DNA of 64,000 nucleotides from Octopus bimaculoides (lineage: Eukaryota): contig NC_068990.1 in NCBI RefSeq assembly GCF_001194135.2, forward strand, positions 32,368,152 to 32,432,151, in the 5' to 3' direction. The first letter of the stretch is position 1. Each line of letters begins with the position of its first letter. The notes under the pieces were generated by a model. The model ran no database searches. It was not told where the DNA came from and saw nothing but the letters and a program-made list of their open reading frames with translations. Made by a program: the position numbers and the translations under genes. Below are positions 24,340 to 37,977 of the stretch, piece by piece.

Positions 24340-24715
24340 GATCCTTCTGATTTGGCGGACACCATTTGTTTTCTAACGAAACACTTTCAAACTTGGGATA
24401 TTGGTAGAATATGCCATATAAAACATCTTTTTCTCTTAGCCTCGTTAAGAAAAGTTTCTGTATTCCAAGTTAATTTCATGTTAACAATTGTCGTATTTCG
24501 GTAATTTCAACCAATCACTGACGTCTATTGAGGTGAAAACAATTACTGCTGTGGTTTGTCAACAACACGTTCTGGCGGTGTAATGGGATCTTTTCCCTTG
24601 AATAAAATTACTGCCGTTGTTTGTCAACAACAACTATTGGCGGTACTGTTACTTATGACATCGTTCGTGCGTTTGTACTGGTTTTAGCATTAGGGTTTTA
24701 GGGTTATGACTGATC
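24340..24715. mobile_element. Interspersed repeat, possibly a non-autonomous Helitron/Helentron-like element
   Basis: Internal direct repeat ATTACTGC..TTGTCAACAAC (two copies) and TTAGGGTTTTAGGGTT near its end; the class is a guess. Confidence 0.3.
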
Positions 24716-25689
24716 AGAAGTTACCATTGGTTTTTCACTTGTTATACTATTTGCAATATTGGTGACTCATCAGATGTGCTGGCTGGAGACACATAACCAC
24801 TTTACTAATGGAAGTAAAAGAACAGTCTCATTGAAACCCTTTCTGTGTGAGTTGGAATAATGTCCCTATGGTCATTTCCACTTGTGTCTGAAAAGGGTCA
24901 GTTTATGCATGATTTCTGTTCATTAGTCAACAAATGAGGGAATTCCACGTTTTCAACACAAATTTTTTCTCATAAGGGCCCTGACTAAATATCTCGCTTT
25001 TGGAATTTAAGAAGGCCCCAAATCAAGTGATTTTTTTAGGATTTTTGCTTTCTCATCCATCTGCTCCTGTGGAAGTATGTATGGTATAGGTTGTTCCAGG
25101 AGCTTCCATTTAATCCTGTATAGCGTACTCTCTTTTAAATGCCACATGTATTTGACCAAAGATGTAACGTTGTGCTTCTCTGGGATCCTTTAACAGAACC
25201 TGTGATTATTTAGTCGCCACTTAAAGTGGGCATCCATTGCTCCAACATATTTCCGTATAAGTGTCTTTATGTTATTTATTGGTGCTGCTGCTGCTGTTGT
25301 TGATACTGTTACTATCACTGCCATTGCTGCTGTTACTGCTGGACACGTTGCTGGTGCTGCTGCTACCACTGTCATTGCTGTGATTACTGTTGGATGCATT
25401 GTTGGTGCTGCTGTTGTTGTTGCTTCTTCTATCATTGCCATTGTTGCTGTTACTGATAGATGCATTGTTGTTGCTGCTCTTATCTCACTGGTGGACACCA
25501 CCTTTGCCTTATAGACCATGGCCTTGGAACTGCATTGACCATCCACCGGGCACCTCACCTTTGTGCAGCGTTTATATATAAATATATATGTTGGGGAGAA
25601 GTATGTATAGAATGATAACAGTGCACTTTCTGATACTCATAAGAGGCATGTAAGTGCTTCTACAGGAGGCTACTGAATGGGGGGTGGGT

Positions 25690-26960
25690 CTGAGAGAGAA
25701 GGGGAGAGGGAGAGAGAGAGTGCTTACTCCATGAAAATCTAATGGAGGGACCAGCCATCCAAGTTGACAACTATAAGGTAGATAGAGCAATAAGAGATAT
25801 AAAAGTAGGGAAAGCAACTGAACTGGGCCATCAGAGATAATCACTGAAATGCTTAAAATATCTGGCAAATTAGGATAATGGTAAAGCAAGTAATAGAGCA
25901 TAGCAGCAAAGGAGAAAGGGTGATGCACCAAAAGGAGATAACTCCTGAGGTAATCAAACAATTGGACCAAGTTATGAAAGTTACAGAAAAGGTCTCACAA
26001 AACTGATTAAGGACAAGATTAGTCTCTATGAGATGCAGTTTGATTTTGTCTTAGGAAGAGGCACCATTAATGCTGTATTCCTTGTCAGTGTTTGTAGGAG
26101 TAATACATGCTTCAGGGTAGGGCTATACCAGCTATGTATGAAGGGCAGTCAGCAAGATGAGAATCAAAAATGAATTCATGATGATGATGATGATCATCAT
26201 TTAATGTCCGCTTTCCATGCTGGCATGAGTTAGATGGTTTGATTGGAACTGGCAAGCTGGGAAGCTGCACCTGGTTCCAGTCTAAATTCCCTGACGAATT
26301 TAGTGTGCAGGTTGAGGTACATCAGGGTTCAGTTCTCAGTCTCACTCCTTATAATTTTCCAAGCTACAACAGAGTAATTTAAGACCAGCTGCCTTCAAGA
26401 AATTTTGTATGCTAATGATTTTGCTCTTATAGCCAAACTGACTGAAGACTTCCAGGCATGGAAGGAAAATCTAGAATTAAAAGGCCTTAAAGTAAATTTA
26501 GTAATTTAGTAAAAACAAAAGTTTTAGTAATGACCCTTATAGCATCAGAGAAATAGCTGTGTTCTATATAGAGAAAAGAAGTTGGTAGAATTTCCATTAA
26601 GTGTACCTGGTGGAAATAATGTACACCAAAAGGTAGATTTCAAATGCAGGAAATGCACTGAGGCAGTAAGCCTAAGAATACTCTAGAAATAGATTCTCTC
26701 GTATGCCCAGCTGGCTCACTAGAAGTGGTTGATAGCTAGTGTGATAACTAGAATAAGAATGGAGAAAGATTAAGGAGCTGTTTAGCTTTGCTGGCAACAA
26801 AGGACTTATCCCTCAAAATTAGATGCTTGTGTGTGGAGTGTGTAACTGTATGGCAGTGAGGTGTGGGCTTTCATCATGCAAGACATGTAAAGGCTTGAAA
26901 AAAAAGAAGTAAGCATGCTTTGTTGGATGTGTATGAATGAGAAGAGAGGCAAATTGGGCA
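25690..26960 (+). mobile_element. Highly degenerate RTE LINE ORF2 fragment
   Basis: Remnants YEMQFDFVLGRGTINAVFL, LYANDFALI and LYGSEVW, homologous to 33.5-34.4 kb; interrupted by a family C tail at about 26195-26285. Confidence 0.7.
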
Positions 26961-28134
26961 TAACAAATCACATCACAGTTGACTGAGTGGTCCTTAATCA
27001 GATGAAATTATGGAACATCTGAATTGCATGCAAACATTTAACCAGCTCTCTCCCAAACCACAATTCCACTTGGACTGTATTAACCAGTGGGGTGAGGTCG
27101 ACATTATCAATGACAACTCACTTCTATTTGAACAGTTTACACTGGTCACTTTCTACAGTTATTATTTAACTGAGAGAAAGGGAGAGAGAGAGAAGCAAAA
27201 AGAAATTTTTTATTCCCCCCCCCCCCCCGTTTTCTGACTGACCATTCCATTGTAAAACCAGTGGACATTCACCTCAATACCCTTCTGTTTTAATGAGTTT
27301 TTCCTTTGGTTAAACAATGGAATTGAGACGTTAGTCATTAGAATTGGCATTTCAACATGGTAAAAGCAAATGTTAGCATTCCTGTACAGAACAGAGAGAG
27401 GACTGGTTTGCACTTGTGCTAATTCTATTGGTTTCACAACTGTAAACCAACTAACTTCTCTGTTGAAATAATGAGATGGTGGAAAGCCAATGAAAATTCG
27501 ATTAAATTCTTCATGCCACAATCAGACAATCACATGTTTAATGATCTGATAATTACATTTCAGTTTTCTGAAATTGATTTTAGGTAAAAGAAAAAGAAAG
27601 TCGGGCGAAAGATTTCTGGATTCTTCATCAGTTTAATTCCAATCAACATTGTAAATGGCAGAAGTCCATCAGCTATCACTTTATCCAATCAGCATTTGTG
27701 CGTATTTATAAACACCTTAGTTGGATTCTCTCACATGCAATATTCATTTATTTTACACATTCAAGTGAGCAACTAAGTTAGTTGAATAGTATACTGGGTC
27801 ATGAACCAGAATAACAGTGATTAATTTCTTATTATCAACACTGCACTGTCTGCAACCAAGATACTTCACTGCTTTCACTAGTCCAGTCTACACAATGATA
27901 TGATTCACAAACATGGTGTAATGGAAAGTTGTAAAATTTCTCCTGAGTGTAAATAGTGGATGTCTGGTATGAGGTGTCTATGTTGCATAAAGATGCTGTT
28001 TGTGTGCAAAACTTTATCAAATAGTGAAGAGTGGTATGATATGCAATGCTGCACAAAGCACCGTAAAGTGACAAACTGAGTTCAATTTCTGGTTGGATCT
28101 GATTTATTTCAAATTACATTATTGATTCCATGGA

Positions 28135-28277
28135 AGGGCATCCAGCTGTAGAAACTCTGCCAAATCAGACTGGAGCCTGGTGTTGCCATCCGGTTTCACC
28201 AGTCCTCAGTCAAATCGTCCAACCCATGCTAGCATGGAAAGCGGACGTTAAACGATGATGATGATGATGATGATGAT
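28135..28277 (+). mobile_element. SINE family C 3' end with (GAT)n tail
   Basis: GGAAGGGCATCCAGCTGTAGAAAC...GCGGACGTTAAACGATGATG. Confidence 0.9.
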
Positions 28278-28280
28278 TCT

Positions 28281-28493
28281 AAGGTGGCAAGCTGGCAGAG
28301 TCATTACCATTCTGGGCAAAATGCTTAGCAGCATTTTCTTTTGGCTTCATTTTCTGAGTTCAAATTCTGCCATGGTCAACTTCGCCTTTCACCCTTTTGT
28401 AAAAAAGTACCAACTGAGTACTGGAGACATTGTGATTGACTTACCCACACCCACCAAATTTCAAGCCTTGTGCCTATAGTAGAAACGATTATT
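28281..28493 (+). mobile_element. SINE family A
   Basis: AAGGTGGCAAGCTGGCAGAG head, GAGTTCAAATT B-box. Confidence 0.85.
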
Positions 28494-29454
28494 AATTCCT
28501 TTCTGAAAGACATAACTGACAAAAATACCATTTCACACCACCTTACTTCATAGCCACCACTAATATTTGAAAAGACAAGTCCAAAATGTGGTTATTTGAA
28601 GTTTGTCCTCATTCAATTTCATTCATATTGCATGAAATAATATTGTTTTCTGTTTGCAAAATTAATACCATTCAAACTATTTCGAGAAAAAATTAATTAA
28701 GCATGTGAAATATAATTTCTTTTTATTAAAATGTCTTATAAAGTTTTGATTTGTGCAAATGTGTACAGGATATTACTATTCTGTTGCAAATGTGTTTGGG
28801 ATGCTATTGTCCAATTGGTTAATTCTTCCAAAATTCTTTTTGAAGTGTAAAAAAGTTTTCACCACATTCAATTTGGTCTCCAAAGATGCTTTATCATTAA
28901 CTACTACTACTACTACTACTACTACTACTGCTGCTGCTGCTGTCCAAAAGTCTTCTATATGAGTTGCCATTGGAATGAATAAAGGGAATGGTAATTACCA
29001 AGATGAGCACAATTAAAACAATGCTTAGCGAATTGGCTTATCAAAAATTGACCAAGGAGCAAGAGATTTAAATTTCTGAGTTCAAATACTACTGAGGTTG
29101 GTTTCATCATTTAACTCTACTATTTCACAAGGACTTGTGAAATAGTAAGAACAGTTTAAATATCTTTGACATAAACTGACATCATTCTTAGACAAAAGGG
29201 ATCTTTAGGTTAACTGATTTCTTCCAGTTGGATTGTATGCATAATGGTTACTATACTTTGAGAAGTCTGAAGAAATGATTAAATCTTATGATGTTTTAAA
29301 GTCCATTCTTAAGTAATTCATATATTACAATATGAACTTTGGGACACAACGGCACTGCCTGTATAGTTGTATCATATTTTCTGGCATACAAGTCAACATA
29401 ATATATAAGTCAAGGTAGATTTTTTTTAGTCAGAAAATCAATGTTTAAGTCTAT

Positions 29455-29842
29455 GTTGTTGTTGGCACTCTGTCGCCTATGATGTCGAGGGTTCCAGTTG
29501 ATCCGATCAATGGAACAGCCAGCTCGTGAAATTAACGTGCAAGTGGCTGAGCACTCCACAGACATGTGTACCCTTAACGTAGTTCTCAGAGATATTCAGC
29601 GTGACACAGTGAGACAAGGCTGACCCTTTGAATTACAGGCACAACTGAAACAGGAAGTAAGAGTGAGAGAAAGTTGTGGTGAAAGAGTACAGCAGTGTTT
29701 GCCACCATCCCCTGCCAGAGCCTCGTGGAGCTTTTAGGTGCTTTCGCTCAATAAATACTCACAACGCCCGGTCTGGGAATCGAAACCGTGATCCTATGAC
29801 CGCGAGTCTGCTGCCCTAACCACTGGGCCATTGCGCCTCCAC
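29455..29842 (-). mobile_element. tRNA-derived SINE family D, full length, (CAA)n tail
   Basis: Reverse complement begins GTGGAGGCGCAATGGCCCAGTGGTTAGGGCAGC...GGTTTCGATTCCC (A and B boxes) and ends GAGTGCCAACAAC. Confidence 0.92.
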
Positions 29843-30039
29843 GTTTAAGTCTATAATCATCATATAAATCACAAAAAAATTGTAATATCATTGGGTTGGG
29901 ATGGATTGGCTCACCAGAGCTTGTATAGGGAACAAAGAAGAAAAGATTTAGCAAGAAGATGATAAAAGTTGAAATAAAATAACAAGTTACCTTTTGGAAA
30001 AGGATAAATATTATAAAGATCCTTTCCCAAATCATATAA

Positions 30040-30222
30040 ACTCACAGGGCCAGTTTCTTGGGTTCTTTGCTACATATATATTCCCCACCTAGATGGGATA
30101 CTGGTCTCGTACCTGATTACTCACTTTTGCCAGCCGAGTGAACTGGTGCAACTTGAAGCACAATGCATCATCTGGTCTAGGAATTGAAACCACAATCTTA
30201 TGATCAAGAGTCCAACACACTA
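30040..30222 (-). mobile_element. Old tRNA/CORE-type SINE remnant
   Basis: GGAATTGAAACC B-box reverse complement and CAGCCGAGTGAACTGG CORE-like segment. Confidence 0.55.
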
Positions 30223-32399
30223 CTTTTTGAAAGAATATTCAATTATTTCAAATTTGATTTTTAATATTTGCCTTTCTTTATGATTATAATTGCACATCAA
30301 CATGAACACAAAGTTTGTATAAAGCGAACTAACTGGTAACTAAAACATTTTGTTATATGCTCTCATGGTTGATCTGATGGATGAACATTTAAACATTGTG
30401 ACTGTCTTTTCATATTCTTCTGCATTTCACATGGAATATTTGGTCCTCTAAAATCTTGGCATATAAGTCAACATACTTTAAATTATTTGTGCCACAAAGT
30501 CACAAGGTCCCACTTTAATTATAGTCAAGTGGTCAACCATGGTGATGGTGGTAATGAAAGGTATGAAGTGGGGGAGAAAGAGCAGTGATATTTAAAAATG
30601 ATGGATTGAAATTTCTTTGTTTTTTAGAAAAAGTTCCCTACCACCCATCACTTTCAAATGTATGCTGCCAAAAAATTTGAAAAATCCAGCAAAAACGGAA
30701 AAATTTCAACTCATGGGAAAGCTATTCCAAAACTTTGCTCTTACCTGTACCAACTTTTATAACCATTCATAAATAAAAATGGATGTAAACTAATGAAGAA
30801 AGAAACTTTGTTGTGTTATTTAACCTCAGGCCAACACTAAACAAAGGTATTCCAGTTATGACCATCTTGACTCAAGTGTACCCCAAGCTACATTCTCCAA
30901 TGTGTTCTTTTATTAATCCTTTCACTACAAATAGCAGATAAGTCCACTCAAAATTTCATTATCCTTAACTGCAGAAAGTGGTTTTATATACCAGTCTATT
31001 TTTTTTTTTGTGAGGAATATCATGTTTTTGAAACTATTTTTTGATGAAATATGCTAAGTTTATTGAAGCATGTGACTTACAGCAAATACCAATTTTAACC
31101 ATGCAATAAAATTTTGCAGTGAAAAGTTTGTACAGAAGGATGTTATTTGATATAAATCAAACTGCTATTTCTAGTAGACTGGGCAGCTATGTAGAGTCCT
31201 CTGTTAAATCATAAAACAGATTTTGTGATTCTGTTACTGGTTTAAGTGTTAAATATATCAAGTCTTTCACTGAATTCCTACCTTCTACATTCAGATTAAA
31301 AAAACGATTTTATCGTATTTTTACAGCAAGTATTATTAACAGCCGTAATACCTTAAACATGTTATATTTATCATGTTATATCAGTACAGCAATAATTTAA
31401 CAATCACATAAAATTGCTGAAAGTTATTAAATCTGTAAAAATACACCTGAATAGAATATCACAATAAATCAACTGAATAGGAACACGTTTTATAAAATAA
31501 TCTTCCTAATACTCTAAGTTAAAAGCAAATTGGTTGAATAATAATATTATAAAAAGTCTCACACACATAGACATATATACAAACATACACTCTGAGACTT
31601 ACATATGTACACATACACACTTTCATACCCACATACCACATATTGCAGGCACATACATACATACACATTGAGACTTACATATGCGCACATACACAATTTC
31701 ATACCTTGTAACATACACTGCATGCACGCATGCACACACACACACACACACGTGCGCGCACACACACTTTCACATATACATAAACACAGGCACACGTTGA
31801 CACCTACACAAACATACACATATTCAAACATACATATACACCTACTCACATGTGCACTTTCATACCGATGTACACAAATTTACACTTTCAACCTACACAT
31901 AAGTAAATATCAAATACACAGATACATACAAATATACATACACATGCATAATACGTACATACATACATACATGCACTTACACTTCAAATTTATTTATATA
32001 AGTAATTTTCCCAGATTTATTTATATTTGATTTTATTTCCTTTTTACTTTTGTTTCACAATTTTCTATCGTAGAGTAATAAAATAAAAGATCATAAATTA
32101 TGGCAAAATTTTAAATAATAAAATATATTTACATTCATACTAACATTCAAGTTAATAATACTATTAAATTGCTGTAAAATAATTATGAAAGATCTATAAT
32201 ATAATTTGGTAAGTTGTTTATGATAGATTTTTATATATTCTCTTTAGAGGATAGAAACAAACAATCTGTTTTGTTTGGTTGAGGACATTGTATGCTGTAT
32301 AGTGCTAAACGAGTTGTATGTTAATGTGGCCTCTCTTTGAACAATTTATTATATTTTATCCATTTATATCTTTTTTTAAAATCTTTTTCTTCTTATTTC

Positions 32400-33200
32400 A
32401 TCATCATCATCGTCATCATTGTTGTTGTTTAATGTCCACCGTCCATGCTAACATGGATATTTGTTTCAGTCATTGGACTGCAGCCATCCTGGGGCACTAC
32501 CTTGAAGGGTTTAGTCAAACAAATTGCTTTCAGCACTTTTTTTTAAGACTGGTACATATTTTATTGGATTCTTTTGACAAACTGCTAGGTTATGGAGATG
32601 TAAACAAACCAATGTAGGTGTCAAGCAGTGGTGGGGGATAAACACACAGACACACACTTGCATGTGCACACACACACACACACAATGGGCTTCTTTCAGT
32701 TTCTGTCTCCTAAATCCACTCACAAGGCTTTGGTCAGCCTAGGTCTATAGAAGACATTTGCCTAAGGTGCCATGCAGTGGAACCGAACCCGGAACCATGA
32801 GGTGGAAAACTAAACTTTTTACCACACAGCCAGACCTGTGCCTATACATCACACCTGTGCCTATATTTGTTTCTTGACTTTTACTTATTTCCATCATTAG
32901 ACTGCACTGAAGCTGGGGCACTGTCCTGAACAATTTTTAGTTAAATGAATTAACCCCAGAACTTAACTATTTATCATGGCACTTATTCTATCAGTCTCCT
33001 TTGTCAAACCACTGTCACAGAGATGTAAACACACCAACACTGATTGTCAAGTGGTGATGGGAGACAAACATACACACACAGACACACACATGACCAACTT
33101 GTAAGACACTTGCCCAAGGAGTCATGCAGTGGGACTGAACCCAGAACCATGCAGCTGGGAAGAAAGCTTCTTACTACACAGCTACATCTGTGCCTATGCA
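32400..33200 (-). mobile_element. Two tandem degenerate family B SINEs
   Basis: Repeated CAAATCCACTCACAAGGCTTTGG, GACACTTGCCCAAGG and GGACTGAACCC segments. Confidence 0.75.
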
Positions 33201-33304
33201 CACATTCAAAAGTTTTGTTTCCTCCTTTCTTTTCTTTTCTCCAATGTATCACAAATGTTAAAGATCCTTTTCCTTTCCTATCAACCATCTCCTAATATAA
33301 TAAT

Positions 33305-33495
33305 GAGTGTGGCACGTAAAAGCACCCACTACACTTTCAGAGTGGTTGGCGTTAGGAAGGGCATCCAGCTGTAGAAACTCTGCCAAATCAGATTGGAGCC
33401 TGGTGTAGACATCTGGTTCGGCAGTCCTCGGCCAAATCGTCCAACCCATGCTAACATGGAAAACGGACGTTAAATGATGATGATGATGATGTTGA
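33305..33495 (+). mobile_element. SINE family C 3' part with (GAT)n tail
   Basis: GTGGCACGTAAAAGCACCCACTACAC...GGACGTTAAATGATGATG. Confidence 0.9.
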
Positions 33496-33496
33496 G

Positions 33497-34435
33497 GATG
33501 ATGGTTCATGTCAGGGAAAAGCACCACTGATGCTGTATTTCTGGTAAGACAGCTGCAGGAGAAATACCTAGCCAAAGATAAACCTCTGTACCTGGCTTTC
33601 GTTGACATGGAGAAAGCCTTTGACAGGGTCCCTCGATCCCTTATCTGGTGGTCAATGAGGAAACTAGGGATAGGTAAATGGTTAGTGGGAACTGTGCAAG
33701 CCATGTACAGGGTTGCTGTCAGTAAGGTGAGGGTTAGCAATGAGTACAGTGAAGAATTCCAGGTAAGGGTAGGAGTCCACCAAGTTCCCTATTATTCAAC
33801 ATAGTCCTCCAGGCAATAACAGAGGAATTCAAGACAGGGTGCCTCTGGGAGCTCCTCTATGTTGATGACCTTGCTTTAATTGCTGAATCACTATCAGAAA
33901 TAGAGGAAAAGTTTCAGGTGTGGAAGCAAGGATTAGAATTGAAAGGCCTTAGAGTCAACCAAGCTAAAACCAAAGTCTTAATAAGTACGAAGGCAGACAA
34001 ACCACAAATCCCTTCAGGTAGATGGCCCTACTCGATCTGTAGAAAAGGCGTAGGTAGAAACTCCATAAGATGTACCCAGTGTAAGCTATGGACACATAAG
34101 AGGTGCAGCAATATCAAAGGAAGGCTAACTAGGAAGATAGTTTTGTATGTGGCAAATGCTCAGGTGCTATAAACACTGAAAATGTGCAGAAAACAGTTTC
34201 TGTCACATTCCAGGGAGAAAAACTTCAAGTAGTTTATAGCCTCTATTACTTAGGGGACCAAGTCAGTAGCGGGGGTGGATGCTCTGAAAGTGTAGCTGTT
34301 AGAATAAGAATAGCCTGGGCAAAGTTCAGAGAGTTCCTACCTCTGCTGGTGACAAAGGGCCTCTCACTCAGAGTAAAAGGTAGGCTGTATGATGCATGTG
34401 TACAAACAGCCATGCTACATGGCAGTGAAACATGA
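33497..34435 (+). mobile_element. RTE-clade LINE reverse transcriptase fragment (frameshifted)
   Basis: GKSTTDAVFLVRQLQEK...AFVDMEKAFDRVPR, GVHQ, WELLYVDD, ...MLHGSET; indels near 33785 and 34170. Confidence 0.95.
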
Positions 34436-34969
34436 GTCCTTATTTACAGCTACCAAAAAAGATCTTCATGAGCCCAATTTCACAGCAAGGCTACACACTT
34501 ATAAATATGAGGTTTTTGGAGAATGAAAATTAGGTAATACACCTCAAGTTCCTGATACTATGGTGACCAAAGTGTCAATACCAAACTGACTGCACAATTT
34601 CATGGAATAAAAACCCCATTCTTGAAAGAATGGTATGTATATCAAACTGACTGCATTGTTTCAAGGAATATAACTTAAGTCTTTGTTGCATGATGTGGAT
34701 AACCAAGTTGACTCTATTGCTTAAGTTCTTGTCACAAGAAACAGCATTTAACCATTGAGAAAATATATCTTAATTCACACTGAGTCAGCTAATTTACAAA
34801 TTCGTGCTAATTTGTCAACTTAATTAAAGAACAATTGGGGATAGTATATCATTTGAATTAGCTTGCTTCATTTTTTCTAGCTGAAAGTAGGTGTTTTTGA
34901 AATCATTATTGTGGAGTCAATAGAATGTAGGTTATTAGAGGTTCAAACCTTGCTACAAGTATTATCTTT

Positions 34970-35152
34970 TATCTTTTACTTGTTTCAGTCATTTGACTGT
35001 GGCCATACTGGTGCACTGCCTTGAAGGATTTTAGTTGAACAAATCGACCCTAGATTTTTTGAAGTCTGGTACTTATTCTATCAGTCTCTTTTGCCAAATT
35101 GCTACAGGGATGAAAACACATCATTACCAGTTCTCAAGCGGTAGTTGAGTTC
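34970..35152 (-). mobile_element. SINE family B 3' part, running into a gap
   Basis: TTTTACTTGTTTCAGTCATTTGACTGTGGCC motif; N gap at 35153-35441. Confidence 0.8.
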
Positions 35153-35441
35153 NNNNNNNNNNNNNNNNNNNNNNNNNNNNNNNNNNNNNNNNNNNNNNNN
35201 NNNNNNNNNNNNNNNNNNNNNNNNNNNNNNNNNNNNNNNNNNNNNNNNNNNNNNNNNNNNNNNNNNNNNNNNNNNNNNNNNNNNNNNNNNNNNNNNNNNN
35301 NNNNNNNNNNNNNNNNNNNNNNNNNNNNNNNNNNNNNNNNNNNNNNNNNNNNNNNNNNNNNNNNNNNNNNNNNNNNNNNNNNNNNNNNNNNNNNNNNNNN
35401 NNNNNNNNNNNNNNNNNNNNNNNNNNNNNNNNNNNNNNNNN

Positions 35442-35592
35442 CGCATCTCTGTACATGGCTCGCACAGCTCTCACTAGCCATTCTTCTATCCCAAGTTTCC
35501 TCATTGACCACCAGATAAGGGATCGGGGGACCCTGTCAAAGGCTTTCTCCATGTCAACGAAAGCCAGGTACAGAGGTTTATCCTTGGCTGGA
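35442..35592 (-). mobile_element. RTE RT fragment, same family as 33497-34435
   Basis: AKDKPLYLAFVDMEKAFDRVPRSLIWWSMRKLGIEEWL; bordered by the gap. Confidence 0.92.
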
Positions 35593-36854
35593 CTATATAT
35601 TTCAATGTGTCCTTTTCTAAAGATGCTAGTGTGTGGTTTAAGGAGGATTTTGCTGTTATTTCTTATAGCTGGAACAACTACGTAGAAAATCCTAAGCTGT
35701 TGAATAGCTAGCTGTAGGAAAAGGCATACTTCCAGCTCTAATAATGCTTTTGCAATGATTTATCTCCATACATTCCTCCAAATTTGCAGAAAAAATACAC
35801 AAACAAACAAGAATCTCTCTCTGGTGTCAACATGGACATTTGGCTGTAAATTGAAAGGGAAATGATATGGGTTGGTTTTTATGCATGTTTCTCTCTTTCT
35901 CTCTCCTTGTTGCTCTCTTCTTTTCAGTCCACACACACAAACACACATGTACGTGTATATGTGCATGCACGTAGGTATATATAATATGGTACAAATATAT
36001 ATGTACATGATTAGGTATATATGAGTGTGCATGTGTGTGCATGTGTGCGTGTGTGTGTGTATGTGAAACAGAATCAACAATGTAAAATTGTCCAAAAACA
36101 TTTTATTTTATTCTATTCTATTTAAACAATACCACAAAAGAAATTCTCAGATATTTTCACTTTGTCGTCTAAAAGCATTGAGCTGTTACTGATTATCTCC
36201 CTTTTGTTTAAGTCTTTTGGTAATGTTTTCCAACAGGAACTTGCCAAGAATACAACTTGGCTTCAGAGCTCAAGCCCAGCTGAAAGTTTTCAACTTGATC
36301 CTTTGCCATCTATTAAGCGATGCGGTCTCTATCCAAAGAATTTAATATAAAGACTTGGTTTCTTGCCAATATATCTTTCTCTTACTAGTTGCAACTCTTG
36401 AGAAGAATTCTTTAATAATTAGAAATGAAATTCAAGTGAGAATTTACCTTAGAGAAGAGTTTGGCTGTTTTCATTTGCATCAATTGAAAGCGTAGGCTTT
36501 CATTGTATGTACATGTGTATGTATGACCATATATATGTGTGTGTTCATCTATGTGTGATAATGCATATGTATGTGTATATTAGTGGCTGTATGTGCACAT
36601 AACTGTTTGTAAGTATGAGAACATGAATTTATATATGTTTGGTCTTTAGATTTATTTCACAAATTCCTCTCCAAAATAGAAAGAGCCAATGTCTAAAGCA
36701 AAAACAGAGCTATTTAATTGGAATTTAGACATCATCAAGTAAGCAGTTGAGCATATATATTTTCCTGTAGGGTTCATTTAAGTTTCTTTTCTTTCTTGCA
36801 TTTGCAGAATTCCAATCCAGTCACTAACAAAGTGACAAAGCAGTTTTGATTAAG

Positions 36855-37078
36855 TTAACCCTTTAAGATTTTAAACTGACCTTATCTGGCCCATATATTT
36901 TAACTGCTTTATGTTCAAGCCAGCCAGATTTGACCTCTCGCACCTACCTACAATGCCATTCTAAAAATAAACACATTACTGAAACCTTGAAGCTATGAGG
37001 TGATATACAATTAGTCCAAAACAGTGTGAATAAATAAGTGTTACCTTAGACAAGGTAATCTGAATACTTCAGAATTAA
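36855..37078. mobile_element. piggyBac-type MITE (degenerate)
   Basis: Begins TTAA-CCCTTT and ends in TTAA with a decayed right TIR; about 220 bp, non-coding. Confidence 0.5.
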
Positions 37079-37294
37079 GGTAGCTCTTGGCATTTGTGGA
37101 TACTGCAGTCCATCGAATGCTTAGCTGAAACTTTGAAATCACTGTCAGCAACATTGTTGTATAAGAATAATGAATTTGTATTCTACAAAAGTGTTGAGTA
37201 ACCCATCAGATTAACGTGAAATTGTAAAATTGTTTTTATTATATCTAAACATAAAAACAAACATTAATATATATTCTTTATTCTTTCTTTTATT

Positions 37295-37450
37295 TCTTTT
37301 ACTTGTTTCAGTCATTTGACTGTAGCCATGCTGGAGCACTGCCATGAGAGGTTTTAGTCAAACAAATTGACACCCAGGTTTTATTTTTTTAATCCTAGTA
37401 CTTATTCTATCACCCTCTTTTGATGAACTACTAAGTTACTGGGATATAAG
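37295..37450 (-). mobile_element. SINE family B 3' part
   Basis: TTTACTTGTTTCAGTCATTTGACTGTAGCCATGCTGG. Confidence 0.8.
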
Positions 37451-37897
37451 GTGGGGAGGGGACAATATATATATGATGATGATCATCATCATTTAACATC
37501 CGTATATATATANNNNNNNNNNNNNNNNNNNNNNNNNNNNNNNNNNNNNNNNNNNNNNNNNNNNNNNNNNNNNNNNNNNNNNNNNNNNNNNNNNNNNNNN
37601 NNNNNNNNNNNNNNNNNNNNNNNNNNNNNNNNNNNNNNNNNNNNNNNNNNNNNNNNNNNNNNNNNNNNNNNNNNNNNNNNNNNNNNNNNNNNNNNNNNNN
37701 NNNNNNNNNNNNNNNNNNNNNNNNNNNNNNNNNNNNNNNNNNNNNNNNNNNNNNNNNNNNNNNNNNNNNNNNNNNNNNNNNNNNNNNNNNNNNNNNNNNN
37801 NNNNNNNNNNNNNNNNNNNNNNNNNNNNNNNNNNNNNNNNNNNNNNNNNNNNNNNNNNNNNNNNNNNNNNNNNNNNNNNNNNNNNNNNNNNNNNNNN

Positions 37898-37974
<77 letters not shown>

Positions 37975-37977
<3 letters not shown>

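Noticed and set aside
25190-25581. Ala/Thr/Val-rich ORFs
   Set aside because: Cryptic (GCT/GTT)n simple repeat with no splice or homology support.
27210-27521. 103-aa minus-strand ORF
   Set aside because: No recognisable domain, near-cognate start, ends in a homopolymer run; no clear splice signals.
29770-29842. tRNA gene at the SINE D head (likewise the heads of families A and B)
   Set aside because: The A/B boxes run on into SINE bodies and tails with no cloverleaf 3' end.
36162-36350. Possible exon (TTTTCCAACAG acceptor)
   Set aside because: No convincing donor and no recognisable peptide in any frame.
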